Assembly: GCA_965203805.1 (NCBI GenBank)
Contig: OZ241917.1
Coordinates: 2,848,001-2,912,000 of the forward strand
Length of the DNA stretch: 64,000 bases
DNA from: Candidatus Latescibacterota bacterium
GTDB lineage: Bacteria > Latescibacterota > UBA2968 > GCA-2709665
Direction: 5' to 3'
The translations under genes and the position numbers were made by a program. Shown here piece by piece: positions 1 through 9,259 of the stretch (positions within the stretch are counted from its first letter, which is position 1; each line of letters opens with the position of its first letter). The notes below the pieces were generated by a model. That model did no database searches, had not been told where the DNA came from, and worked only from the letters and a program-made list of their open reading frames with translations.

Positions 1-813
1 CAACGCGATCGGGTCTCTCTCTCTCCACGCGTCCACTTCGTCCCGCGTGCGGTAGCCGGTATCCCGCATGCCTTCAGCGTGGGGGCGGGTGCGATAGGTC
101 TTGCAGTCCAGCAGCGTAGGGCCGCCGCCTTCCCGTGCGCGAAGGACGGCGTCGCCGGCTTTTTCATAGACGTCGAGGACGTCGTTTCCGTCAACCTGAA
201 CGCCGGTGACGCCGTAGCCTTCCGCGCGCTCGGCGATATTCGTATTTCGGGTGGCGTACTCGAAGGCGACTTCGGTGGCGTACCGGTTGTCTTCGAGGAC
301 GAAGAGCACGGGTAGCTGCCAGATGGCGGCCATGTTCAGGCCTTCGTGAAAGGCGCCGTTGTTGACGCCTCCGTCCCCGAAAAAAGCCACGCTGACGCGA
401 TCGGTTTCGAGCATCCTGAACGTATACGCTGCGCCGGCGGCCTGGAGGATGCTGGGGCCCACGATGCCGCTTGTGCCCATCAGCCCGATTTCCGGCGAGA
501 ACAGGTGCATGCTGCCGCCTCGCCCGCGGGCGCACCCCGTGGACTTGCCGTAGAGTTCGGCGATGAGTTCGCGTATGGGAACGCCCTTGGCGAGCGCGTG
601 GCCGTGGCCCCGATGGGTGCTGAAGATGGTGTCATCGGTGCGCAGGTGGGCGCATACGCCCGCCGCGATGGCCTCCTCGCCCACGTACGTGTGGCAGGCT
701 CCCGGAATGAGTCCGGCCTGGTACGACCTGGCAATCTGCTCCTCGGTACGTCGGATCGTGAGCATCTGCCGGTGAAGAGAAAGGAGTCGCTCGGTACTGA
801 GGTCGCCTGGCAT
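1..813 (-). CDS. TPP-dependent dehydrogenase E1 alpha subunit (pyruvate/acetoin dehydrogenase type), runs off window start
   Basis: Translated by hand from ATG at 813: MPGDLSTERLL...GACHTYVGEEA...STHRGHGH...GRGGSMH...GDGGVNNGAFHEGLNMAAIWQLPV (TPP-binding GDG motif). Not in the ORF track because it is open at the window edge. Confidence 0.9.
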   Translation of the reverse strand, partial: MPGDLSTERLLSLHRQMLTIRRTEEQIARSYQAGLIPGACHTYVGEEAIAAGVCAHLRTDDTIFSTHRGHGHALAKGVPIRELIAELYGKSTGCARGRGGSMHLFSPEIGLMGTSGIVGPSILQAAGAAYTFRMLETDRVSVAFFGDGGVNNGAFHEGLNMAAIWQLPVLFVLEDNRYATEVAFEYATRNTNIAERAEGYGVTGVQVDGNDVLDVYEKAGDAVLRAREGGGPTLLDCKTYRTRPHAEGMRDTGYRTRDEVDAWRERDPIAL

Positions 814-858
814 GAAGGTCCCCTGCCTTGTAGATGGGGTGACGGGGATGGAACTCCG

Positions 859-1671
859 CTATCCGCTGACGATCGGGCCGCCGGGATAGGTGCCTCCCGC
901 GTTCATCGCGAGGTTTCCGCCGTCCATGGGCAACATCACGCCGGTGACCCAGGCCGACGCGTCGGATGCCAGGAAGATAGCCACGCCCACGATATCCTCC
1001 GGCTCGCCGAACCGGCCGGACGGAATGCCGCCCAGCCACGTGTCGGCCATGCGTGGTTCGGCCCGCAGGCGTTTTTCCAGGAACGGGTTCATGACCTGGG
1101 CGGGCAGAATGGCGTTCACGCGCACGCCGCGGCTGCTCCATTCCGTGCTGAGTTCCCGGGTCATCTGCGCGACGGCGCCCATGCCGATGCTGTAAGCGAC
1201 GTGGCCCCGCCCGATCGCGGTCAGGCTCGCCAATGAGCCGATGTTGATAATGCTGCCCTTGCCCGCGGCGAGCATGCGTCTGCCCCCCTCCTGGCAGCTG
1301 CAGAATCGCGCGATGACGAGAGACTGCATGCTCTCTTGAAGCTGATCCAGGGTGAGATCCTCCGGTTTGCCCAGCATGGTGGCGCCGGCGACGTTGCCCA
1401 GGACGTGGATGCGGCCGAATTCCCTGTCCAGCCGGGAGAACATCCCGCGGACCTGGTCGACGTCGGAAACGTCGCACCGCACGGGAATGGCGCGCCGGCC
1501 CAGCGATTCGATCTCGTGGGCGGTTTCCTGCGCACCGGGTTCGTTGACGTCGGCCAGCATGAGATCCGCGCCGGATTCCGCGAATCCGATCGCCATCGCC
1601 TTGCCCATGCCGGCGGCCGCGCCCGTTACGATGGCGACGCGGTCGGTGAGATCGAAGATTGGATGCGACAC
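859..1671 (-). CDS. SDR family oxidoreductase
   Basis: TGAAAGMG Rossmann motif, NVAG, YSIGM variant of YxxxK, VRVNAILP, DGG. Probable GTG start at 1671 inside the 859..1992 ORF. Confidence 0.88.
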   Translation of the reverse strand: MSHPIFDLTDRVAIVTGAAAGMGKAMAIGFAESGADLMLADVNEPGAQETAHEIESLGRRAIPVRCDVSDVDQVRGMFSRLDREFGRIHVLGNVAGATMLGKPEDLTLDQLQESMQSLVIARFCSCQEGGRRMLAAGKGSIINIGSLASLTAIGRGHVAYSIGMGAVAQMTRELSTEWSSRGVRVNAILPAQVMNPFLEKRLRAEPRMADTWLGGIPSGRFGEPEDIVGVAIFLASDASAWVTGVMLPMDGGNLAMNAGGTYPGGPIVSG

Positions 1672-1729
1672 GGTGGATCTCCGGTTTTTCGCGGCAACAC
1701 GCCTCCGCTTCCGTCCGCCCGGGGCGTTG

Positions 1730-2095
1730 CTACGCGCCCAGGTACGCGACGGCGTCGATTTCGACGAGAATGCCCTTATACATGTCACCGGCGCCGACCA
1801 GACGCCTGGTGGGCATCCGGCTCTTGTTGTTGAAATACCGCATATACGTGCGATTGAATTCGTCGCGGTCCGCCATGTCCAGGAGGAACACGTTGACGCG
1901 GACGACGTCGTCGAAAGAGGAGCCTTCGCTTTCCAGCACGCGCACCATGTTGTCCATGGTAAAGACGGTCTGTTCCTCGATGTTTCCGCCAACGACGTCG
2001 CCGCCCTCGACCGGGCCGAAGCCGGACAGAAAGAGCATATCGCCGGCGCGCCGGGACATGGAATAGAAAGGTTCGGGACTTGCTTTTTCGGCCAT
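1730..2095 (-). CDS. RidA/YjgF/UK114 family protein
   Basis: YSMSRRAGDMLFLSG...DDVVRVNVFLLDMAD..FNRTY..YF..MPTR..LVEIDAVA. Confidence 0.88.
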   Translation of the reverse strand: MAEKASPEPFYSMSRRAGDMLFLSGFGPVEGGDVVGGNIEEQTVFTMDNMVRVLESEGSSFDDVVRVNVFLLDMADRDEFNRTYMRYFNNKSRMPTRRLVGAGDMYKGILVEIDAVAYLGA

Positions 2096-2193
2096 TGGTT
2101 TATCTCCTGGGTGATTCGTCTGTTGCCGCAGAGACGTCCGGAGCGGTACTGGAAATTCGTCTGCGCCGGCGTTGCGTTCCGATTGCGGCCCTT

Positions 2194-3291
2194 TCAACCC
2201 CCGATGGCGAGCATCTCATCCCTTCGATGATCGAACAGCGAGGGATCGTGTTCCTCCAGTTGGATTCGAGGGCGTACGCCGGTGTTGACGACGTTGTCGG
2301 GATGGGGCCAGCGGCCGCGGAGTACCGAGACGAGATTCTCCACGCCGGTGATCGCCACGTCCTGGCTGGCCTGTACCGAGAGGCCGGAGATGTGCGGGGT
2401 CAGGATCACATTCTCGAGCCTGGCGAGCGCGTGGTCGGGCGGCGCCTCCTGTTCTCCGAAGATCTCGATGTCGTCGAAGGTGTCCAGAGCGGCGCCGGCC
2501 AGATGGCCGCTTCGAAGGAGGCCGGCAAGGGCGCTCTCGTCCGTGATCGCGCCGCGGCAGGTGTTGATGAAAAAGGAGCCGGGTTTCATTTCCCTGAGGG
2601 TGGGCGCGTCCAGCAGGCGGTAGGTCTCCCGGGTGAGGGGCAGATGCAGAGAAACAAAGTCCGACTCCCCCAGCAGCGTGTCCAGGTCCACCATTCGGAC
2701 GCCCAGGGCATCGGCCTCGTCCCGCGGCGCGCGCATGTTTTTCCTGGTGGCCAGCAGTTTCAGGCCAAATGGCTTCGCCCGTTGCACGACCGCTTTGGCC
2801 GAGGCCCCGAAACCGATCAGACCGAGCGTGAGGCCGGAGATGCGATGAAGGCTGAGACCCTCTTCCCGCGCTGTCTGGAACCTGCCGGCGTAAAAGTGCC
2901 GTGACATTGTGGGAATTCGCCGGGCGAGGCCGAGCAGGCAGGCCATGACGTGGTCGGCCATCTCTTCGTTGCAGAACGTGGGGACGTTGGAGACGACGAT
3001 GCCGTCACGCGTGGCGGCCTCCACGTCGATCTTGTCCGTGCCGTTGCCCAGACGGGAAATGATCGCGCATTTGGCGAGGCTCTTAATGACCGGTTCGGGA
3101 AGGGACGCCGACACGACGGCCAGGGCGTCGCAATTCGCAACGCCCGCAATGATGTCGTCCGGTTCGTACGCGTCCACAAGGACAGGCGTGATACCATAGT
3201 GCCTGTACAGCGCCGTCTCGGTCGGATTTATCGGTATGACCTCGGCGTTGAGGCGGACGAATCGGATATCTTCGAAACCGGTACTGGGCAT
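2194..3291 (-). CDS. D-isomer-specific 2-hydroxyacid dehydrogenase (SerA/CtBP-like)
   Basis: GNGTDKIDV, GLIGFGAS, SLHLPLT, INTCRG, AALD, LTPHISG motifs. Confidence 0.9.
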   Translation of the reverse strand: MPSTGFEDIRFVRLNAEVIPINPTETALYRHYGITPVLVDAYEPDDIIAGVANCDALAVVSASLPEPVIKSLAKCAIISRLGNGTDKIDVEAATRDGIVVSNVPTFCNEEMADHVMACLLGLARRIPTMSRHFYAGRFQTAREEGLSLHRISGLTLGLIGFGASAKAVVQRAKPFGLKLLATRKNMRAPRDEADALGVRMVDLDTLLGESDFVSLHLPLTRETYRLLDAPTLREMKPGSFFINTCRGAITDESALAGLLRSGHLAGAALDTFDDIEIFGEQEAPPDHALARLENVILTPHISGLSVQASQDVAITGVENLVSVLRGRWPHPDNVVNTGVRPRIQLEEHDPSLFDHRRDEMLAIGG

Positions 3292-3395
3292 CGGAAAAAT
3301 CGTCGCAAATGGACCGCGTCCGAGCAACGGCGTATGCGGCCTGATTCAATCTCTAGAACGGATCAACTTGCGGAATGTTCGTCCCGTTCTCCCTG

Positions 3396-3809
3396 TTACC
3401 CTTGCGGCGTCGGCGCCTCCGGCGAAAGAAGAAGCAATCCCGGCACGGATGCAAAGTGGCGGTCCATCGAGGCCAGCCGCAGGCCGTGCTCCATGGTCTG
3501 AGCCGCAATCCAGATATCGTTTGTCGGGATCGGGGTCCCGGCACGCCTCAACCCGTCCAGAATCTCGGCATAGAACTCGGCCGTATCAACGCTGACGGAG
3601 CATGTCTGCACGCGCGGCGAATCGAGGAATTCGGCCAGTTCATCGCGGTTCTTCTGCTCCCGGACCCCTCCTTTGAAGCCCGATAGCAACTCTCCGATAC
3701 TGATCGAACTCATCACGATTCGCGAAGCTCGCTGCAGCAGAGACACAACCGCCGGTTCCGCGCGCAGGGCGTGCGAGTAGATATTGGTGTCGATCAGGAA
3801 TTCGTTCAC
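3396..3809 (-). CDS. vapC: VapC PIN-domain toxin
   Basis: LIDTN, GELL, IPTNDIWIAA, SMDRHF acidic PIN residues; GTG start overlaps the antitoxin stop. Confidence 0.92.
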   Translation of the reverse strand: MNEFLIDTNIYSHALRAEPAVVSLLQRASRIVMSSISIGELLSGFKGGVREQKNRDELAEFLDSPRVQTCSVSVDTAEFYAEILDGLRRAGTPIPTNDIWIAAQTMEHGLRLASMDRHFASVPGLLLLSPEAPTPQG

Positions 3810-4057
3810 TGCCAGAGTTCCGGATCGATGCGTCGCTCGGAGTCGATCTTTCCTTGGATCCGGGCAAACTCATCCTCGTCCCAACGTCCGAACAGGTGGT
3901 CCAGGTCGCTATGGACCCCGGTGAACCGGCGCGGCTTGTCCAATCCGAACTGCTGTCGCAATGCGTCCAGAGCCGTCTGGTTCATGCTCTTTCCTTCCCG
4001 CCTGGCCACCTCCCGCAATTTGGCGGCGAGCCGGGGGTCCAGCCCGCGCAGGGTCAT
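3806..4057 (-). CDS. VapB-type antitoxin (ribbon-helix-helix/FitA-like)
   Basis: MTLRGLD..LAAKLREVARREGKSMNQ...DLDHLFGRW...RIDPELW, directly upstream of vapC; start position uncertain. Confidence 0.8.
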   Translation of the reverse strand: MTLRGLDPRLAAKLREVARREGKSMNQTALDALRQQFGLDKPRRFTGVHSDLDHLFGRWDEDEFARIQGKIDSERRIDPELWQ

Positions 4058-4445
4058 ACTCTTCTGAACATCAGCCAGGGCGCACTCCCTTCTTTTGCAT
4101 GCAATCAATCTATGATATCGAAATGATATTATCATACGATATCACGCCCCGCAGGTCAAGCGTAATCCGCTTGCCGCCTTCGAAACAACGGGCATCGACG
4201 GGATTCGGCGCAGGTGCTGCCGCTCCATCGTCGAGTTCCTCACAAGCTGCTTTAGAATTTCCAGTGAGGGAGACGACAACATACTGATTGGCCATCCTCA
4301 GGCGAACTTGATGCACGGCTCTGGCCAGACGTTCATCCGTGCGCTCCATACCAAGCGGCATTGAGCGGGCTGACATCGCGGGGCAGGCCGCCGCGTTAAT
4401 GATTTTGTCGACACCGTGTCGAAGTCGAGATCGGCCGGCAGCGGT

Positions 4446-5270
4446 CTACAGTTTCAGGAACAGCCCGACTTCCCAGACAGGGGCATCGAGCAGGTTGTGG
4501 CTTCGCGTGAACCTCGAAATGCCGGCGGTAATTCCCGCGTTGGGAGAAACATGGAAATCGATCTGGGATCCAAAGGACAGGTACTCGAGATCGTTGCGCG
4601 GGTGAAACTCATCGTCTGCTCTGTCAAGGGCTTCGACCCCGCGGAGCCAGACCGAGACGTCTATTCGCTCGGCGATCGTATATCCAGCCTGCAGACTATA
4701 TCGAAACTCGTCCGCGTAATTGTCATCGCGATTGTCACTGCTCTTTCGGTTGTTGTATCCGATCTCACCTATCAGATAGGTAGGTGCGGGATAGAGCGAA
4801 TGGCCTACTTGAAGGGAAACATGTTGATTGAATTCGCCGTCGCCTGTCCAGAGGACGATATCCCCCCCCGATTCGCCCAGCGGTAATCCTGCCATGGCCT
4901 GCAGACTGACCACCGTTGGTCCCTTTGTCAGAATCCGGATCCTGACACCTGCGTCCCCATCGCCAACACCGGTCGTTGAATCGAACCCTTCGGCGTCCAC
5001 GCCGAAGTGCGTATAGACCGGCATGTAGCCCACCAGCGTCACCCGGTCAGTCACGCCGAATTCACCGTAAAGACTTGTCGTATAGCCGCTCACGGTCGGG
5101 ATCTCGGTCTTCGATCCATTCGCGACGAAAAGTGACTCGGCGCTGATTACCTGTTGGCTGAGTTTGAAATACCCCTTACCCTTCGGCTGCGTCCATCCGC
5201 CCGCGTGGGCGATGGAGAAATCGAAACTCATCACGCCCGTGAACAACGCGGCAAGAACAAACCTGTTCAC
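4446..5270 (-). CDS. Exported, probable outer-membrane beta-barrel protein
   Basis: Signal peptide (AHA), GGWTQPKGKGYFKL start, alternating beta-strand pattern, C-terminal aromatic strand; co-oriented with the DM13-containing gene. Confidence 0.6.
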   Translation of the reverse strand: MNRFVLAALFTGVMSFDFSIAHAGGWTQPKGKGYFKLSQQVISAESLFVANGSKTEIPTVSGYTTSLYGEFGVTDRVTLVGYMPVYTHFGVDAEGFDSTTGVGDGDAGVRIRILTKGPTVVSLQAMAGLPLGESGGDIVLWTGDGEFNQHVSLQVGHSLYPAPTYLIGEIGYNNRKSSDNRDDNYADEFRYSLQAGYTIAERIDVSVWLRGVEALDRADDEFHPRNDLEYLSFGSQIDFHVSPNAGITAGISRFTRSHNLLDAPVWEVGLFLKL

Positions 5271-5288
5271 GTAATACTCCTTTGCTTA

Positions 5289-7544
5289 TCAATTGCCCAA
5301 TGAAGCGCTTCCGACTTCACGGTTGATCAGCCTGCAATGAAGAATGAGGTGGCTCCATGAATCAATATTCTTTCCACTGGCAGGAGTAAACGTCCATGCC
5401 TTATTCCCCGACTCCCGTGTCACTTCACCAAATTCCACGGCGCCGGCAGGTAAAGAACCACGTATGGGCCAGTTAATACTGTTGCTGGTGTAGAGAGCCA
5501 CGAACACATCCGGCGCCCCGTTCGGCGTTGACAATCCGGTAATGCTGAGTTTGAGCTTCCCGTCGGAAGTTTCGCTCAGCGTGACCGATCCACCTGATGA
5601 ATAGTTGTTTCGACCGCTGATCGTACCGGTACGGCTTCGTGGCGCCGATTGGGTCACGGTCAGCGAAGCCGTACCGGATACGCCGTCCACCTTCGCCGTG
5701 ATCGTCGTGGAACCGGCGTCCACCCCCGTTGCCAAACCGGACGCGTTGATTGTCGCCACCGAGGTGCTGCTGCTCGTCCAGGTGAAGGTCTTGCCGGATA
5801 TCATCGTGTTGTCCGAGTCATAGGCGGTGGCGCTGAACTGGTGGGTCCCGCCCTCTTCGATTGATACGGACGATGGACTCACCGCGACACGGGCCACAAC
5901 CGGCGGCGGCTCGGTCACGGTCAACGCCGCCGTGCCGGATTTGCCGTCCACCTTCGCCGTGATCGTCGTGGAACCGGCGTCCACCCCCGTTGCCAAACCG
6001 GATGAGTTGATGGTCGCCACCGAGGTGCTGCTGCTCGTCCAGGCAAAGGTCTTGCCGGATATCATCGTGTTGTCCGAGTCATAGGCGGTGGCGCTGAACT
6101 GGTGGGTCCCGCCCTCTTCGATTGTTACGGACGATGGACTCACCGTGACACGGGCCACAACCGGCGGCGGCTCGGTCACGGTCAGCGTCGCCGTGCCGGA
6201 TTTGCCGTCCACCTTCGCCGTGATCGTCGTGGAACCGGCGTCCACCCCCGTTGCCAAACCGGATGAGTTGATGGTCGCCACCGAGGTGCTGCTGCTCGTC
6301 CAGGTGAAGGTCTTGCCGGATATCATCGTGTTGTCCGAGTCATAGGCGGTGGCGCTGAACTGGTGGGTCCCGCCCTCCTCGATCATTACGGACGATGGAC
6401 TCACCGCGACACGGGCCACAACCGGTGGCGACTCGGTCACGGTCAACGTCGCCGTGCCGGATACGCCGTCCACCGTCGCCGTGATCGTCGTGGAACCGGC
6501 GTCCACCCCCGTTGCCAAACCGGATGAGTTGATGGTCGCCACCGAGGTGCTGCTGCTCGTCCAGGCAAGGGTCTTGCCGGATATCATCGTGTTGTCCGAG
6601 TCATAGGCGGTGGCGCTGAACTGGTGGGTCCCGCCCTCTTCGATCATTACGGACGATGGACTCACCGCGACACGGGCCACAACCGGCGGCGGCTCGGTCA
6701 CGGTCAACGTCGCCGTGCCGGATACGCCGTCCACCGTCGCCGTGATCGTCGTGGAACCGGCGTCCACCCCTGTTGCCAAACCGGATGAGTTGATGGTCGC
6801 CACCGAGGTGCTGCTGCTCGTCCAGGCAAAGGTCTTGCCGGATATCATCGTGTTGTCCGAGTCATAGGCGGTGGCGCTGAACTGGTGGGTCCCGCCCTCC
6901 TCGATTGATACGGACGATGGACTCACCGCGACACGGGCCACAACCGGCGGCGACCCGGTCACGGTCAGCGAAGCCGTGCCGGATACGCCGTCCACCGTCG
7001 CCGTGATCGTCGTGGAACCGGCGTCCACCCCCGTTGCCAACCCGGATGAGTTGATGGTCGCCACCGAGGTGCTGCTGCTCGTCCAGGCAAAGGTCTTGCC
7101 GGATATCATCGTGTTGTCCGAGTCATAGGCGGTGGCGCTGAACTGCTGGGTCCCGCCCTCTTCGATTGATACGGACGATGGACTTACCGTAACACTGGCC
7201 ACGACCGGCGGCGGCGGCTCGCAGGTCGTGCCGAATACTTCGGCAAAGAGCACAAAATCACGAAAGCCGATCGCGTCATTGCCGTCTATATCCATCAGCG
7301 CGTTGAAATTGGCATCGCCCGAAGAGGTGTTAAACACTGCGACAAAGGAAAGAAAGTCCGCGAATTCAACGATACCATTGTTGTCAAAATCAGCCTGACA
7401 GGCACGATTCCCGTCTCCGCCGTCGGAGATTAGATCGTGAGACACGACGGCCCTCGCGTTGGGACCGGCAAAGTCCGATGCTGAGAAGACGTGCAACAAA
7501 ACGGCGAGAAGTAACAGCTTCCTGTTTGTCCTGTTCGTAAACAT
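5289..7544 (-). CDS. Secreted surface protein: dockerin/EF-hand-like module, six Big_2 Ig-like domains, C-terminal DM13-like domain
   Basis: ADFDNNGIVEFADF and DIDGNDAIGFRDF loops; six 87-aa repeats (WTSSSTSVATINSSGLATGV); C-terminus GSVTL..GAPDVFVAL..LILHC..VGSASL resembles DM13. Confidence 0.8.
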   Translation of the reverse strand: MFTNRTNRKLLLLAVLLHVFSASDFAGPNARAVVSHDLISDGGDGNRACQADFDNNGIVEFADFLSFVAVFNTSSGDANFNALMDIDGNDAIGFRDFVLFAEVFGTTCEPPPPVVASVTVSPSSVSIEEGGTQQFSATAYDSDNTMISGKTFAWTSSSTSVATINSSGLATGVDAGSTTITATVDGVSGTASLTVTGSPPVVARVAVSPSSVSIEEGGTHQFSATAYDSDNTMISGKTFAWTSSSTSVATINSSGLATGVDAGSTTITATVDGVSGTATLTVTEPPPVVARVAVSPSSVMIEEGGTHQFSATAYDSDNTMISGKTLAWTSSSTSVATINSSGLATGVDAGSTTITATVDGVSGTATLTVTESPPVVARVAVSPSSVMIEEGGTHQFSATAYDSDNTMISGKTFTWTSSSTSVATINSSGLATGVDAGSTTITAKVDGKSGTATLTVTEPPPVVARVTVSPSSVTIEEGGTHQFSATAYDSDNTMISGKTFAWTSSSTSVATINSSGLATGVDAGSTTITAKVDGKSGTAALTVTEPPPVVARVAVSPSSVSIEEGGTHQFSATAYDSDNTMISGKTFTWTSSSTSVATINASGLATGVDAGSTTITAKVDGVSGTASLTVTQSAPRSRTGTISGRNNYSSGGSVTLSETSDGKLKLSITGLSTPNGAPDVFVALYTSNSINWPIRGSLPAGAVEFGEVTRESGNKAWTFTPASGKNIDSWSHLILHCRLINREVGSASLGN
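5650..7215. repeat. Six near-identical 261-bp intragenic tandem repeats
   Basis: The same sequence recurs at 5827, 6088, 6349, 6610, 6871 and 7132. Confidence 0.97.
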
Positions 7545-7786
7545 GGCAGGCGCGTCCTGTTGTAATGGTTCGGGTCTGTAAAGCTTTGTTCGTGTTGCCG
7601 TCCGACGCTCCGCTCCCGTCCGTCGTCTACGCGGTCATGATCTGGATGATGTCGTTGCTGGTGACCGCGCCCATGAACTTATCCGAAACCCTGCAATCAT
7701 CAGAATGGGGGTATCGGGTGAGAAACCAAACGCTGCGCCAGCTTCGTCATTGCGTTTTCCTCACTGGCAGATTGTAGAGGCAAGGC

Positions 7787-7878
7787 CTAACAGTCCGTTG
7801 ATAAAGTCGCTCTGCTGGCCTGCCGGTGAAGTCTTGGCAGGCAGGTAACCCGGACGGGATTTTTCAACGGGCTGCTAA
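7787..7878. mobile_element. MITE-like element (84-bp core) with internal CCTGCC/GGCAGG palindrome
   Basis: Terminal inverted repeats CAGTCCGTTGATAAA / CAGCCCGTTGAAAAA (13/15) flanked by CTAA direct repeats at 7787 and 7875. Confidence 0.6.
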
Positions 7879-8940
7879 TCACCTAATCCGACCGCGCGCG
7901 TGTACCGGCCAGGTCGCTTCGACCATCCCGTTTCGGGTGGCAACCATTTCGTCGTGTTCGTTGACGCAGGGACAGGGGTGAACGGGAAGCACCTGCACGC
8001 GCTCGCCGATCTCCGGTTTGACCTGACACCGGGAAATATCCACGTGGCCGTGCTCTTCGGACGCGATTCCGATCAGGGCGTCGGGGTATTCGACGATATG
8101 CCCCATGCAGTCTCCCCGGTCGGTCTTGTAGATGGAGGCGCTCAACGCCTTGCTCCCCGCATCCAGAAACATACGGTCTCCGGTGGGCCTGCTCACCACG
8201 GTGGTGACCACCCGCAGCGCGCACTGCTCCAGGGTGTGTCGCCCTTCCGCAAGGTGCATGGCGCCGCCAACCGGATATTCGCCGGCGCGGTATTCCGTGA
8301 GTTCGGGGATTTCGTGCGCTTCAAGGGCGTGCGGGGTGCCGCCGCCGCTCACAACGTCGCGAGGAAGCCCGGCCCTGTCGAACCGGTCTATCGTCTCCTG
8401 GATGAGCGGTCTCGAATCGGGCGGCGTGGGAAAGCCCATGAATCCCCTGAGTTCCAGTCCGGGAAGATCGTGGACGAGCTTCGCCAGTTCCGTGGCCTCC
8501 CGGGGCGTGGGTACGCCCGTGCGTTCAAACCCCATTTCCACTTCGATAAGGATGCCGATGGAAACGTCTTCAGAAGCGGCGGCGCGGGAGAGTCCCCTGA
8601 CGGTGTATTCGGAGTCGGGTGCGAGGGTAATCGGCAGTCGTTTCGCCAGGGCGGTCAGACGGTCGAGTTTCTGTGCGCCCATGATATTGTACGGTATGAG
8701 CAGGTCGGTGTGGATGCCGCCCGCCGCCAGGACTTCGGCCTCCCCGAGCTTCTGGCACGTAAGGCCAATCGCACCGTGGTTCAGTTGCATATGGGCGACG
8801 GCCAGCGTCTTGTGGGTCTTGATATGGGGACGGAATCCGATGCCGTGTTCTCTGAAATAGCCGTGGTATCGCTCGAGGTTTTCTTCCAGCGCGTCCAGAT
8901 TGATGGCCAGGAAGGGCGTGTCCATTTCGTCGATGCGCAT
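7879..8940 (-). CDS. D-threonine aldolase/D-serine dehydratase family PLP enzyme (fold type III)
   Basis: DTPFLAINLD, FRPHIKTHK (PLP lysine), CQKLGEAE, SGGGTP, DAGSKAL, SEEHG, HPCPCVN. Confidence 0.9.
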   Translation of the reverse strand: MRIDEMDTPFLAINLDALEENLERYHGYFREHGIGFRPHIKTHKTLAVAHMQLNHGAIGLTCQKLGEAEVLAAGGIHTDLLIPYNIMGAQKLDRLTALAKRLPITLAPDSEYTVRGLSRAAASEDVSIGILIEVEMGFERTGVPTPREATELAKLVHDLPGLELRGFMGFPTPPDSRPLIQETIDRFDRAGLPRDVVSGGGTPHALEAHEIPELTEYRAGEYPVGGAMHLAEGRHTLEQCALRVVTTVVSRPTGDRMFLDAGSKALSASIYKTDRGDCMGHIVEYPDALIGIASEEHGHVDISRCQVKPEIGERVQVLPVHPCPCVNEHDEMVATRNGMVEATWPVHARGRIR

Positions 8941-9259
8941 GCAGGGCTCCTTCGCCTGGAGTGGCCGGGTTGACCGCGGTGCCATTAAATAGCTTGCGCG
9001 CGGGCACAGGTCAAGGGATTTCGAAGGGGAGCCCGCGGGAACGCTTTTCGCTTGACATGCGGCGTCCCCGGCCCAAAGTTTAGTGGCATAAATGAGCCTC
9101 ATAAGCCTGTGGATCGGCTTCGCGGCGCCCCGTTGCCGGATTCCCGCGACCGACGACCGCCCGGCTTTCGTGCGATCATGGGCTGTTGACCCGCAACATC
9201 AGGTTGGATAGGTTTCCTGTAGAACGGTCCTCGCTGTCGACTCGATTTCCAAAAAACGG

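Noticed and set aside
859-1992. 377-aa ORF suggesting an N-terminally extended SDR
   Set aside because: The extension overlaps the RidA gene in another frame; SDR homology starts at GTG 1671.
5827-7398. Series of 85-88-aa plus-strand ORFs that look like a tandem gene array
   Set aside because: Antisense reading of the Big_2 repeats.
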